Shown here piece by piece: positions 17,793-26,949 of a stretch of 52,994 nucleotides of DNA; the first letter of the stretch is position 1; each line of letters opens with the position of its first letter. The notes under the pieces are model-generated. The model saw nothing but the letters and a program-made list of their open reading frames with translations. It did not search any database and was not told where the DNA came from. Source of the DNA: a virus (taxonomy: Duplodnaviria > Caudoviricetes); the IMG/VR virus record IMGVR_UViG_3300035703_000126, positions 1 through 52,994 of that record; one strand, written 5' to 3'. A program made the translations under genes and the position numbers.

Positions 17793-18884
17793 ATGACTGC
17801 ACGGACCGCAGAGGACATTGCTGATCTGGTAGCCGGGACGCTGCGCGATCTTGGCCAGCTCAAGTTTGAGAACGTGGCGGACACTCTTCAGGACTGTCCG
17901 GTCATGAACCAGTGGCTGAAGAAGGACAAGATCCTGATCGACGGCGGCTACGGCATTCAGCGCACGCTGATGACGCAGTTGTCCCGTCAGGCGGCACACG
18001 TTTCGTTGAATGCGGAAGACAACACCGACATTCCCGATCTGTCCGCTCAGCTTCAGGTTCCGTGGCGGTTCGCTCGAACCACCTGGGGCTACGAGTATCG
18101 GACCGACATCCTGATGAACCAGCGGGCCGGCGGGTCGAAGAAGATTTTCGACACGCTGAAGATGCGTCGTGCCGATGCGATGCAGTCTCTCGCTGAGGAA
18201 CTGGAAGCGAAGGGATGGTCCACTCCGGCCTCCACCAACGACACCGAGCCTTACGGCATCCCGTACTGGGTTGTGTACAACGCGACCACGGGATTCAACG
18301 GTGGTCTGCCGAGCGGCCATTCCACTCTGGCTGGTGTGAATCTGACGACTCACGCCAACTGGAAGAACTACACGGCGAACTACTCGACCGTGTCGAAGGC
18401 TGACCTGTTCGCGAAGATGCGGACCGGCCTGCGGAAGATGCGCTGGGCGCGGCATCCGGACGATTACTCGAAGCCGCAGACCCGGATGATGATCTACACC
18501 GACAACGACCGCATCGAAGCGTTCGAGAATGTCGGTGAGGCGCAGAACGAGAACCTCGGTCGCGACCTGGCTCCGTATCAGGCTGGTGCGCGGCGGCCAG
18601 AGGATAAGCAGGTGGATGTGAACGGCGAACTGGTGTTCCGCCGGTATCCGGTCTGCTGGGTTCCGCAACTGGACGACACCGCTGTCTACACCGCGGCAAC
18701 GGCGCCGATCTACTGCATCGACCACAGCACGTTCGCTCCGTATGTGCTGGAAGGCGACTACCTCCGGGAAAGCAAGCCGGAGAAAGATCCCAACAAGCAC
18801 AACTGGTTCAGGGTCTTTGTGGACCTGTCCTACAACTACATCTGCCTGAACCGGCGAAGGAACGCGATCTTCGCGACCGGGTAA
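17793..18884 (+). CDS. major capsid protein
   Basis: About 363 aa after the scaffold gene; HK97-fold-like size; typical C-terminus ...CLNRRRNAIF. Confidence 0.85.
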   Translation: MTARTAEDIADLVAGTLRDLGQLKFENVADTLQDCPVMNQWLKKDKILIDGGYGIQRTLMTQLSRQAAHVSLNAEDNTDIPDLSAQLQVPWRFARTTWGYEYRTDILMNQRAGGSKKIFDTLKMRRADAMQSLAEELEAKGWSTPASTNDTEPYGIPYWVVYNATTGFNGGLPSGHSTLAGVNLTTHANWKNYTANYSTVSKADLFAKMRTGLRKMRWARHPDDYSKPQTRMMIYTDNDRIEAFENVGEAQNENLGRDLAPYQAGARRPEDKQVDVNGELVFRRYPVCWVPQLDDTAVYTAATAPIYCIDHSTFAPYVLEGDYLRESKPEKDPNKHNWFRVFVDLSYNYICLNRRRNAIFATG

Positions 18885-18925
18885 TGAGACTGCTGCCCCC
18901 GTCTGCCATTGAGCAGCGAAAAGCG

Positions 18926-19000
18926 TCCGTGGGGGCACGGAACCCCAGGCCGGTTTGCATGGTGCGAGCCGGCCGAATGTCCGCCGGTGGGGATCGGCGG
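18926..19000 (+). other. three consecutive hairpins after the capsid gene
   Basis: CCGTG/CACGG, GGCCGG../..CCGGCC and CCGCCG/CGGCGG stems. Confidence 0.5.
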
Positions 19001-19030
19001 CGATGCAGCAGACCATGAAAGGGTCGCATC

Positions 19031-19843
19031 ATGACGAATCGCACGCAGTATGCGGGTCAGTTGACTGAGGATACCACCCGCCTCTGGTGCTCCTCCATCT
19101 GGGGTGATTGCCCGGTGGAAGCCATTCGGGCCGGCGACGAAAACGGGATTCTCGTTTTCGACGACTTTGAGTTCGGTCCAATAGTCGCTGCCGGAGCAGA
19201 AGCCGCGACGGGACTTTACAAAGGCTTTGCGTCCACTGGCGGTTCTGTGGCAGCCGGTGATGAATGGGGCGGAACGCTGGTTCTGTCGAGCGACGGCGAC
19301 AATGAAGGCGCGTCGTTCGGAATGCGAAACTTTCCGTTCCAGATCAGCCGGTCTCATGGCAAGTTCTGGTTCGAGTGCCGCATCAAGACCTCGACGATCA
19401 CCGACACCAAGCACGGAATCTTCGTGGGCCTGATCGACAATTCGACGTTGTCGGCGACGGTTCCGATCGCGGCGGATGGAACTCTGGCCGACGAGAATTT
19501 CGTTGGTTTCCACCGGCTGGAAGGCGACGGCGACTACTTCGACACCGTCTACAAGGCGGACGGTGTGACTCAGGTGAGCGTTGGAGCCGATGCAATCCAG
19601 ATCGCGGCGGACACCTACGTCAAACTGGGCATGAAGTTCGATCCGCGCACCAACAAGCTGACGTTCTACAAGAACGGTGTGATCGCTGGCGCCACTAAGA
19701 CGATTCCGTCCGCTGCGGGCACGGACTTTCCGAACGACGTTCGGCTCGGCCTGGTAATTGCCGTTCTGAATGCGACCGGCACGACTCCCGGCGAGACTGA
19801 AATTGACTGGTGGCGTTGTGCCCAGGTCGGCGTGACGGGCTGA
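19031..19843 (+). CDS. capsid decoration / lectin-like beta-sandwich virion protein
   Basis: Follows the capsid gene; beta-rich; FYKNG and IDWWRCAQ motifs. Confidence 0.55.
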   Translation: MTNRTQYAGQLTEDTTRLWCSSIWGDCPVEAIRAGDENGILVFDDFEFGPIVAAGAEAATGLYKGFASTGGSVAAGDEWGGTLVLSSDGDNEGASFGMRNFPFQISRSHGKFWFECRIKTSTITDTKHGIFVGLIDNSTLSATVPIAADGTLADENFVGFHRLEGDGDYFDTVYKADGVTQVSVGADAIQIAADTYVKLGMKFDPRTNKLTFYKNGVIAGATKTIPSAAGTDFPNDVRLGLVIAVLNATGTTPGETEIDWWRCAQVGVTG

Positions 19844-19890
19844 TGCGATTCCGGCCGGTGGCCACGGAGGGCTGCCGGCTTTCTGCGATT

Positions 19891-19956
19891 GAGTCGGCCC
19901 GGTCTGTCTGCTGCGTCCCCGGACTCCCCTCGGCAGCAGCCGGGCTGACTCCTTTC
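19891..19956 (+). terminator. long stem-loop, putative terminator
   Basis: GAGTCGGCCCGG/CCGGGCTGACTC plus CTGCTGC/GCAGCAG, followed by CTTTCT. Confidence 0.45.
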
Positions 19957-19972
19957 TCAAGAGGGGTGAGTC

Positions 19973-20392
19973 ATGGGGATTTCTGCTGCTCAGGCTGAAA
20001 AGCTGCGGCACGTTCTGAACCTGTCAAACACTGATCCACTGCCGGATGAGCTGTGCGAACTGGTCCGACGTTGCGATGCGCGGCTGCAGCCATTCAGCAA
20101 GTCGCTCGACATTCAGGGCATGGTGATGGCGGTCGAGATGTGGCAGTTCATGGCCAACATCCAGCCGGCTCAGGTTCCGGATGACGACACGGCCGCGGGC
20201 ATTCCGGTCGAGCATCAAGCCGCGTTCGCAAAGCTGAAGAAGAACGATCCGGTCATGGCGCTCATCGACGGCTCGATGCAGGAAGCAACGTACCTCGGTC
20301 GCGACCGCAAGGGCTGGGTCCGCGTCAGGAAGACGGGCGAAGAGCGTTTCCGGCTGGTTCCGATTGCGCAGGTGGAAACCATCAAGGCGTGA
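19973..20392 (+). CDS. hypothetical protein with C-terminal SH3/KOW-like segment
   Basis: GAGGGG RBS; beta-rich C-terminus. Confidence 0.6.
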   Translation: MGISAAQAEKLRHVLNLSNTDPLPDELCELVRRCDARLQPFSKSLDIQGMVMAVEMWQFMANIQPAQVPDDDTAAGIPVEHQAAFAKLKKNDPVMALIDGSMQEATYLGRDRKGWVRVRKTGEERFRLVPIAQVETIKA

Positions 20393-20400
20393 GGTAAGCC

Positions 20401-21315
20401 GTGGCGGAGAGTTCGCTCACTGTCGATTACATGCACCTGGTGCGCGTGCTGGCCCGCCAGATGGGCGGCTACGCCACCTACTCGACAGGAACGATCACTG
20501 TTTCGTCCGGCACAATCACACTGACTGGCGGGACGTTTCCGACATGGGCGGGAACCACATCGGTCGGAACGTCCGCCATCAACATCGCCGGCAGCTACTA
20601 CCCGATTGCAACGCGGGCCAGCGGCACAAGCCTGACAATCTCGGACACGTCCGTTTCGGCGTCCGGCGTTCGGTATGTGCTGGTGCAATCGAATCTGGAG
20701 CGGCTGGAAGATGTTCTGCACGACATCGACGACTGCATCCGGGACGGCTGCCGGGAGTTCTATTTCCCGACGCCGCTCGACGGTCAGCAGGAGCCGATGA
20801 CTGGGTGGAGCTTCCTGCGGAAGCAGGCCACGTTGAGTCTCAGTGCGTCGGATTACGACTACGACCTTCCGGACGATTTCGGGCAGCACATCTTCTGGGC
20901 GCTGTGGGGATCAGCTTCGGAGATTCGCCCGGTCAACATTGTGACTCGCGCGGAGCTGTTGAACTACCGGGCGGTCGCGTCACAGAGCGGCACGCCGACG
21001 AATCTGTCCTGGCAGGACAAAACCTTCGATGCCGCAACAGGCCGGCGGTTCGAGGCGCTGCTGTATCCCACTCCGGATGCCAGCCTGACGCTGACCTACT
21101 CCTACCTGTTCATCCCGGAAATGCTGACTCCGACGAACCGGTATCCGGTCTGCGGATCCATTCACGGCGACACGCTGCTGAAGGGCTGTCAGGCGTCGAT
21201 GGAACGTCTGCTGGATGACACGTCCGGCATTCATCAGGAAGCGTTCATGCGGCGTCTGGCTGCGTCAATTCAGCTTGATATGCGGCCCGCCAGACTCGAA
21301 GGGACGGTGAGCTGA
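20401..21315 (+). CDS. head-tail adaptor-like protein A
   Basis: YDYDLPDDF and LYPTPDASLTLTYSY motifs; Thr/Gly-rich inserted beta domain. Confidence 0.7.
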   Translation: MAESSLTVDYMHLVRVLARQMGGYATYSTGTITVSSGTITLTGGTFPTWAGTTSVGTSAINIAGSYYPIATRASGTSLTISDTSVSASGVRYVLVQSNLERLEDVLHDIDDCIRDGCREFYFPTPLDGQQEPMTGWSFLRKQATLSLSASDYDYDLPDDFGQHIFWALWGSASEIRPVNIVTRAELLNYRAVASQSGTPTNLSWQDKTFDAATGRRFEALLYPTPDASLTLTYSYLFIPEMLTPTNRYPVCGSIHGDTLLKGCQASMERLLDDTSGIHQEAFMRRLAASIQLDMRPARLEGTVS

Positions 21316-22094
21316 TGACAGGCATCTTCCCGCAAACCAGACCGACGTATGGCAGCTACCAGTGGTTTCAGTCGCAGATCGGGCGAATGCTGCCGGATCT
21401 GAAGCCGGACCCGAAGCAGTGGCAGCGCGATGTTCGCGAGGAAATTCACGACATCATCAACCGCGGCGTGCAGCGTGTGTATGTGCCTGATGTGGCTGGC
21501 GATCCGACATTCCGCTGGTCCTGGATGGTACTGCCCTTCACGTTCGTCACGGCCGCTGACCAGGAAGACTACGAACTGCCGGAGAACTGCGCGGGAATCG
21601 TCGGCAACCTGCAGTACACGGCGAGCGACAACTCCTACATCGAAGTCGTGAAGACGAATTACGACACGATCCTGCGTCGCCGCTCATTGAACGACACCGG
21701 CGCGACCTATCCCGCCATCTTCGCGGAACTGCCGCTGGAAGGCAGCGGGACCGAGCATCAGGGGATGCGGATCACGCTGTGGCCCTCGCCATCGACGACC
21801 TACACGATGAAGGGTCTGTACGACGCGATCCCGCGCGACATCACGGAAGACCAGCCGTATCCGCTGGGCGGCCGGCCCATGACGGAACTGTTTCTGGCTT
21901 CGATGCTGGCGATCGTGAATCCGAAGACGCTGCCTGATTTCGAGCGGCGATTGATGGCGGCGATCCAGCACGACCTGACCCGCAGAACCGGTGAGAACCT
22001 GGGCTACAACGGGAACGGCGACAAATCATGGCGCGGCGACCGTCGCTCGCGCGGTTGGCAGAGGGAGTTTGAAGTGACCTACGGCGGTCAGTAA
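21315..22094 (+). CDS. head-tail adaptor-like protein B (paralog)
   Basis: EDYELPENC and LWPSPSTTYTMKGLY motifs. Confidence 0.7.
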   Translation: MTGIFPQTRPTYGSYQWFQSQIGRMLPDLKPDPKQWQRDVREEIHDIINRGVQRVYVPDVAGDPTFRWSWMVLPFTFVTAADQEDYELPENCAGIVGNLQYTASDNSYIEVVKTNYDTILRRRSLNDTGATYPAIFAELPLEGSGTEHQGMRITLWPSPSTTYTMKGLYDAIPRDITEDQPYPLGGRPMTELFLASMLAIVNPKTLPDFERRLMAAIQHDLTRRTGENLGYNGNGDKSWRGDRRSRGWQREFEVTYGGQ

Positions 22095-22109
22095 AAGGAG
22101 TACGAATCC

Positions 22110-22550
22110 ATGTCGCGCGCACCGAATCTTCACACCGCACTGGGCGTCATCGCGGAAACCCCGAACTCCGGCATCCTGCTGGCCTACGGGACCACAGTGC
22201 CAGCGGATGCGTCCGCCGGCTACGCCACCGGCTGTCTCTTCATTCACACGGACGGCGGCGAGAACACGGCCATCTATGTGAATGACGGCTCGAAGACCTC
22301 GTCCGACTTCAACGCGATGAGCACGACCGGTCCGGGTGCGGCATTGACTGCAGCCTTGACCACGATCACGCCAGCCGATGCTGAGGGAACTCCAGACTAC
22401 GCCATCGCCGGCGTGACCAACACGTCGGCTTACGGGTTTGCGTCGGCTCAAGAAGCGATCACGGTTCTCTATGTCATCAAGAATCTCCAGACACGGCAGG
22501 CGGAAATCGAAGCCCGTCTGGAAGCCGCTGGAATCGTGGCCGCCAACTGA
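22110..22550 (+). CDS. small fibre-like virion protein
   Basis: GTTVP..GY..GCLFIHTDG motif; C-terminal LEAAGIVA as in head-fibre proteins. Confidence 0.55.
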   Translation: MSRAPNLHTALGVIAETPNSGILLAYGTTVPADASAGYATGCLFIHTDGGENTAIYVNDGSKTSSDFNAMSTTGPGAALTAALTTITPADAEGTPDYAIAGVTNTSAYGFASAQEAITVLYVIKNLQTRQAEIEARLEAAGIVAAN

Positions 22551-22559
22551 GGATGAATC

Positions 22560-23006
22560 ATGGCATCGACAGTCCGGTTCTTCTCGTACCTTGAAGTTGA
22601 GATCGAGGGCGAGAAGCACCGCATCGGTTCTCTGTCCGAAGCCCGCACGCTCAGCGTGACGGGCGCGGCTCTTGATCTGCGCAAGATCATCGGCACGTCC
22701 ACCACATGGGATGTGTGGGAGTCCGGCGCCGAGGAACCGATGACGGACTTCGACGTGCTGTGCATCGAGTCCGAACTGTCGGGCGTCATTGTCGAGTTGA
22801 CGGCGGATAAGGGCGGCGAGGTGGGAACCCGCGTCTTCACAGTCGAGTTGACGGCGGACTGTCCGTTCTTTCTCTTCAGCGATGGAAGCTGGGCGAATTA
22901 CACGGCGGACTTTGCCGCCGGCACTCTGGATGTGATCGACCGCATCCGCATCCGAAATGTGAACGCGAGCAGCACGGCGTCTGTTCGCGTTCTCATGCTG
23001 ACGTAA
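22560..23006 (+). CDS. hypothetical structural protein
   Basis: Beta-rich; GAGG RBS. Confidence 0.6.
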   Translation: MASTVRFFSYLEVEIEGEKHRIGSLSEARTLSVTGAALDLRKIIGTSTTWDVWESGAEEPMTDFDVLCIESELSGVIVELTADKGGEVGTRVFTVELTADCPFFLFSDGSWANYTADFAAGTLDVIDRIRIRNVNASSTASVRVLMLT

Positions 23007-23012
23007 AGGAAC

Positions 23013-23294
23013 ATGATGGCATCCCCACTGCGGAATGTGATCGTCACGGCGGTTGCGAACGACAACAACGAAAAGTCGCACGTTTTTGATTCCAACATGC
23101 ACACCTTCACGCTGAAGGCCATCGGAGCGGCAGTGGACCTGCGGCTGGAGTCCGGAGAGACAACGCACATCTGGACGCTGGCGGTTGGAATGCCGGAGTC
23201 CTTCGCGCTGCCATCCTTCGCCGGCGCAACGATCTATTTCATCGGGGCGTCTGGTTCGCTTCAGATCATGGAATTCCTCAATACGAATGCGTGA
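23013..23294 (+). CDS. hypothetical structural protein
   Basis: Beta-rich; AAGGA RBS. Confidence 0.6.
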   Translation: MMASPLRNVIVTAVANDNNEKSHVFDSNMHTFTLKAIGAAVDLRLESGETTHIWTLAVGMPESFALPSFAGATIYFIGASGSLQIMEFLNTNA

Positions 23295-23303
23295 GGTGCG
23301 GAA

Positions 23304-24266
23304 ATGGCGGGGACACGTCCGGGACTTCAGCATGGCCGGTCAACATGGACTGGCCCGTATCCGTCCGCCTCAGTCGCAAACGAAGGCGTCTGGTCCGGCA
23401 CGCTGGAGATGAAACCGTGGCAGTATCCAGTCACGGTTGTGATTCCACATCGCGACCTGATGGCCGGGCTGAAGCAGACCATTAAGACGCTGCGTCTTCA
23501 GACCGTTCGGCCTTACATCGTCATCGTGGATAACGGCAGCAACCCGGCACAACTGGCCGAACTACGAGCGATGGAAGCGGCATCGCCGGACATCGAGGTT
23601 CACGAACTGCGATCAAAAGGCCGGCGCTGGGCGTGCGAAGTGGTGACTGCGTCGATGGACCTGGCGTTTTCAATCTGCCAGACGAAGTTCCTGTACGCGA
23701 CGCATTCGGACGTGTTTCTAAAGCGGCCCGATTACATCGAGTTCCTGCTGGCTCACTGCGGAGAGCGACATCCCGTTGTGGGCTACCAGATGAGTCCACG
23801 CTGGACCACGGAGCACTGGAAGGACACCGCAAGTCACACAGCGACGATGTATCACATGCCGTCCATGCGGAAATACGGCGTTGTCTGGTCGATGGATCGA
23901 GTGGTGGAAGCGTTCGGATGCACTCCGGACGAGATGAATCAGGGCTGGCCAGATACGGAATCGTCCCTGTGGTACGCGCTGCGTCAGGCCGGAGTTCGGA
24001 CGGAATGGATTGGCAAGGCGATCGGGACCGATCCGTCCGTGCTGCTGATCGGCGAGGAATCCAATTCGACCTACGAAGACGACAACCTGATTCACGTTCG
24101 CAGTGCCACGGTGCGTTCGCATCTCGGCGGTCAGGCGTGGCAGGTCAGCGCGGAACTGGGGCTGGCTATCGCGCGGTCTCAGGAGATCGTGTCGCACTGG
24201 AAGCGGCCGGCAGCACGCATGAAGGTCTGGATGAACCGGATTCGGAACATGCTGGCCATGCTGTGA
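23304..24266 (+). CDS. glycosyltransferase, GT-A/GT2-like
   Basis: VTVVIPHR, IVIVDNGS and the DxD-equivalent THSD. Confidence 0.8.
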   Translation: MAGTRPGLQHGRSTWTGPYPSASVANEGVWSGTLEMKPWQYPVTVVIPHRDLMAGLKQTIKTLRLQTVRPYIVIVDNGSNPAQLAELRAMEAASPDIEVHELRSKGRRWACEVVTASMDLAFSICQTKFLYATHSDVFLKRPDYIEFLLAHCGERHPVVGYQMSPRWTTEHWKDTASHTATMYHMPSMRKYGVVWSMDRVVEAFGCTPDEMNQGWPDTESSLWYALRQAGVRTEWIGKAIGTDPSVLLIGEESNSTYEDDNLIHVRSATVRSHLGGQAWQVSAELGLAIARSQEIVSHWKRPAARMKVWMNRIRNMLAML

Positions 24267-24296
24267 GGCAGCAGTCGGACGGAATGGAGTGAAGCG

Positions 24297-26948
24297 ATGG
24301 CGTCCCAGCTCGTCAGCCTGCCGTTTCCAGTGAGAGGACTGGATGAGGGACTGGCATTCGATGCGCAGAAGCCGCTGACGACTCCCGGCATCATGAACAT
24401 GATTGCCGGAGATCCTGTCACTGGACGCGATCGAGGGGCACAGCGTCCCGGATTGACGAAGTTCGTGGATGACACGATCGACTCGTCCGCGTCCATTCAG
24501 GAAATCTGTCACACCATCGGCCCGTTCTTCACCGATTCTGAAGGCCAGGGTCAACTGGTGTACTCGGCGGCCACCGGTGCGGCATGGGGAACGCTGAGTG
24601 ATGCTGGCGTTGAGCTTGGCGAAGGCGGTGCTTCGTCGGCGGTTTACCTGATGAGTTGCTGGGATGCGTCGGGGAATCTGTATGTCGCGACCCGGACCGG
24701 TGCGACCACGGACACGGTCACAATCGTGCGGTCGGCTGTGGACGGGACGATCGCGTGGACGAAGTCGGTCGTGCATGGTTCCACGTCATCGCCGTCGCCC
24801 GTGATGGGGATGCTCTGCATCGGAGCGACGCTGTACGTCCTGTGGGGCGGAACCAGTTCCTACGCCTCGGCGATCTACCGCTACAGCACGACGGACGGAA
24901 CTCAGATTGATGCGGGAGCGTGGAAGTCGAACGGAGGCGGCGCGAACGACATCAGCGGAACTGTCTTCACGACCGGGACAGCGCAAAGCCTTGTGCTGGC
25001 CGGAAACCGTCTGGTGGTCATCACCCGGACCGGCACGGAAGGCACGACCGGACCGCAGACAATCCGCGGCGACATCTTCAACTACTCAAACGGGACGCGG
25101 ACGGACTCGGATGTGCTGGTGACAGTGTCTGGAAGCACGAGCGACCAACTGCGTTTCTATGGCGTCTGCCCCGGCGATCCCGGCCGGTTCTACTTCGCGG
25201 CCCAGAAGCGGGCCGGAGCATCGACCTACACGAACTACGTCCAGAAACACATCAACGCGATTGCAGATTTCCCAACTCCACTATGGAGCAAAACATCGTC
25301 CGATTCAGACGGCGCGCCGCTCGGCATCGCCTACGACGCAAAGAACAATCGGCTGGGTGTTGTCGGGGCGAATGTGGACGGAACCGGGCACAGCTTCGCG
25401 GTGATGGCGGGGACGAACGGAGCGACCAGCGGCAACTCCGATGTGAACAGCGTCACGACATGGCATCGCATCGCGGCGGGAGTCGATGGAGATTTCCGGC
25501 TGCTGCGGAATTCATCCGGCAACAACATCATCGGGCTGAACTCAGATTTGACGACTGTGGACTGGCAGATCAATGTCTCTGACAACCAGGACATCGTCTG
25601 CAGCATCAACACGTTCGCCACTGTGTCGCAGCCTGTGTTCCGCGAGCGTAACGTGCGCACGCTGGCTGTGGCGGCTGGGTCGGTCTTCCGGATCGACAAC
25701 GATGTTGTCACGGAAGTGACGGATGGATCGAACGCTCTGAGTCTGCGTCCCGTTGTGTTCGCGACCTCGTACTACCCGAACATCTTTTTCGCGGACGGTG
25801 ATCACGTTCGGTATTACCTGAGTTCCACGAACACGCTGGCGACATGGACTCCGACTGCTGGCTCGCTGCCGGTGGACGACGACGGATTCCGCGCACGGCT
25901 GATCTGCACATGGCAGGGCCGGATCGTTCTGTCCGGGCTTCCGGGGGACGCGCAGAACTGGTTCATGTCGTCGATCAACGATCCGTTCGACTGGGACTAC
26001 TCGCCCGCCACAACGACCGAAGGACAGGCCATCGCCGGAAACAACGCGGATGCCGGCGAGGTTCAGGACGTGATCACCGCGCTGATTCCGTACAACAACG
26101 ACTACCTGATCTTCGGCGGCGATCATTCGATCTGGCAGATGACCGGCAACCCGGTCGCGGGCGGGCGGCTGGATGAGGTGTCGGACATCACCGGCATCGC
26201 GTGGGGGCGGGCATTCACCCGCGATCCATTCGGCAATATCTGGTTTGTCGGTTCGCGAGGCGGTCTGTACCGGATGATTCCCGGATCGAAGCCGGAGCGC
26301 ATTTCATCCGAGTCGATCGACGACCGGCTGACCGACATCGACATGGGCGCCAACATCATCCGGCTGGCGTGGGACGATAAGCACCAGATGCTGGTGATCT
26401 GCATCACGAATCAGGACTCTGTCGCGACGACGACGCACTACTTCTACGACCCCCGGAATCAGGGCTTCTTCCCGTTTCAGTTCGCCGATCTGGATCACAA
26501 TCCGAAAGTGGTCTACCTGTACGACGGCGACGATCCGGATGACCGCGTGATCCTGATGGGCGGCTGGGACGGCTATGTCCGCAAGCTGGATTCATCGGCG
26601 AAGTCAGACGACGGGACGGCGATTGATGCGTACTACTTCGCCGGTCCCATTCAGGACGAACGACGCAATCTGATCCTGATGAATGAAATGCGGGCGATCC
26701 TCAGCAGCACGTCCGATCCAGTGACCGCGACCGTGCATGTAGGAGCGTCGGCGGAAGAGGCGTTATCGGCCGCATCGCACTTCGGCGCAAGACTGGTGGC
26801 GGGACGGTCGCGAGCAATCCGCACTCGCGCGATGGGGCATTCACTGTTCGTCAAACTGAGGAATGCGACGCTGGGGGAATCGTTCTCGGTCGAGTCGATT
26901 CAGGCTGGGCTGATTCCGAAGCAGGGCGCGTACAGCCGGAGGTTCTGA
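24297..26948 (+). CDS. tail nozzle / stabilisation protein (P22 gp10- or T7 gp12-like) with extra beta-propeller
   Basis: N-terminal RGAQRPG; WQGRIVLSG...WFMSSINDPFDW; ITALIPY; beta-propeller-like repeats. Confidence 0.7.
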   Translation: MASQLVSLPFPVRGLDEGLAFDAQKPLTTPGIMNMIAGDPVTGRDRGAQRPGLTKFVDDTIDSSASIQEICHTIGPFFTDSEGQGQLVYSAATGAAWGTLSDAGVELGEGGASSAVYLMSCWDASGNLYVATRTGATTDTVTIVRSAVDGTIAWTKSVVHGSTSSPSPVMGMLCIGATLYVLWGGTSSYASAIYRYSTTDGTQIDAGAWKSNGGGANDISGTVFTTGTAQSLVLAGNRLVVITRTGTEGTTGPQTIRGDIFNYSNGTRTDSDVLVTVSGSTSDQLRFYGVCPGDPGRFYFAAQKRAGASTYTNYVQKHINAIADFPTPLWSKTSSDSDGAPLGIAYDAKNNRLGVVGANVDGTGHSFAVMAGTNGATSGNSDVNSVTTWHRIAAGVDGDFRLLRNSSGNNIIGLNSDLTTVDWQINVSDNQDIVCSINTFATVSQPVFRERNVRTLAVAAGSVFRIDNDVVTEVTDGSNALSLRPVVFATSYYPNIFFADGDHVRYYLSSTNTLATWTPTAGSLPVDDDGFRARLICTWQGRIVLSGLPGDAQNWFMSSINDPFDWDYSPATTTEGQAIAGNNADAGEVQDVITALIPYNNDYLIFGGDHSIWQMTGNPVAGGRLDEVSDITGIAWGRAFTRDPFGNIWFVGSRGGLYRMIPGSKPERISSESIDDRLTDIDMGANIIRLAWDDKHQMLVICITNQDSVATTTHYFYDPRNQGFFPFQFADLDHNPKVVYLYDGDDPDDRVILMGGWDGYVRKLDSSAKSDDGTAIDAYYFAGPIQDERRNLILMNEMRAILSSTSDPVTATVHVGASAEEALSAASHFGARLVAGRSRAIRTRAMGHSLFVKLRNATLGESFSVESIQAGLIPKQGAYSRRF

Positions 26949-26949
26949 G

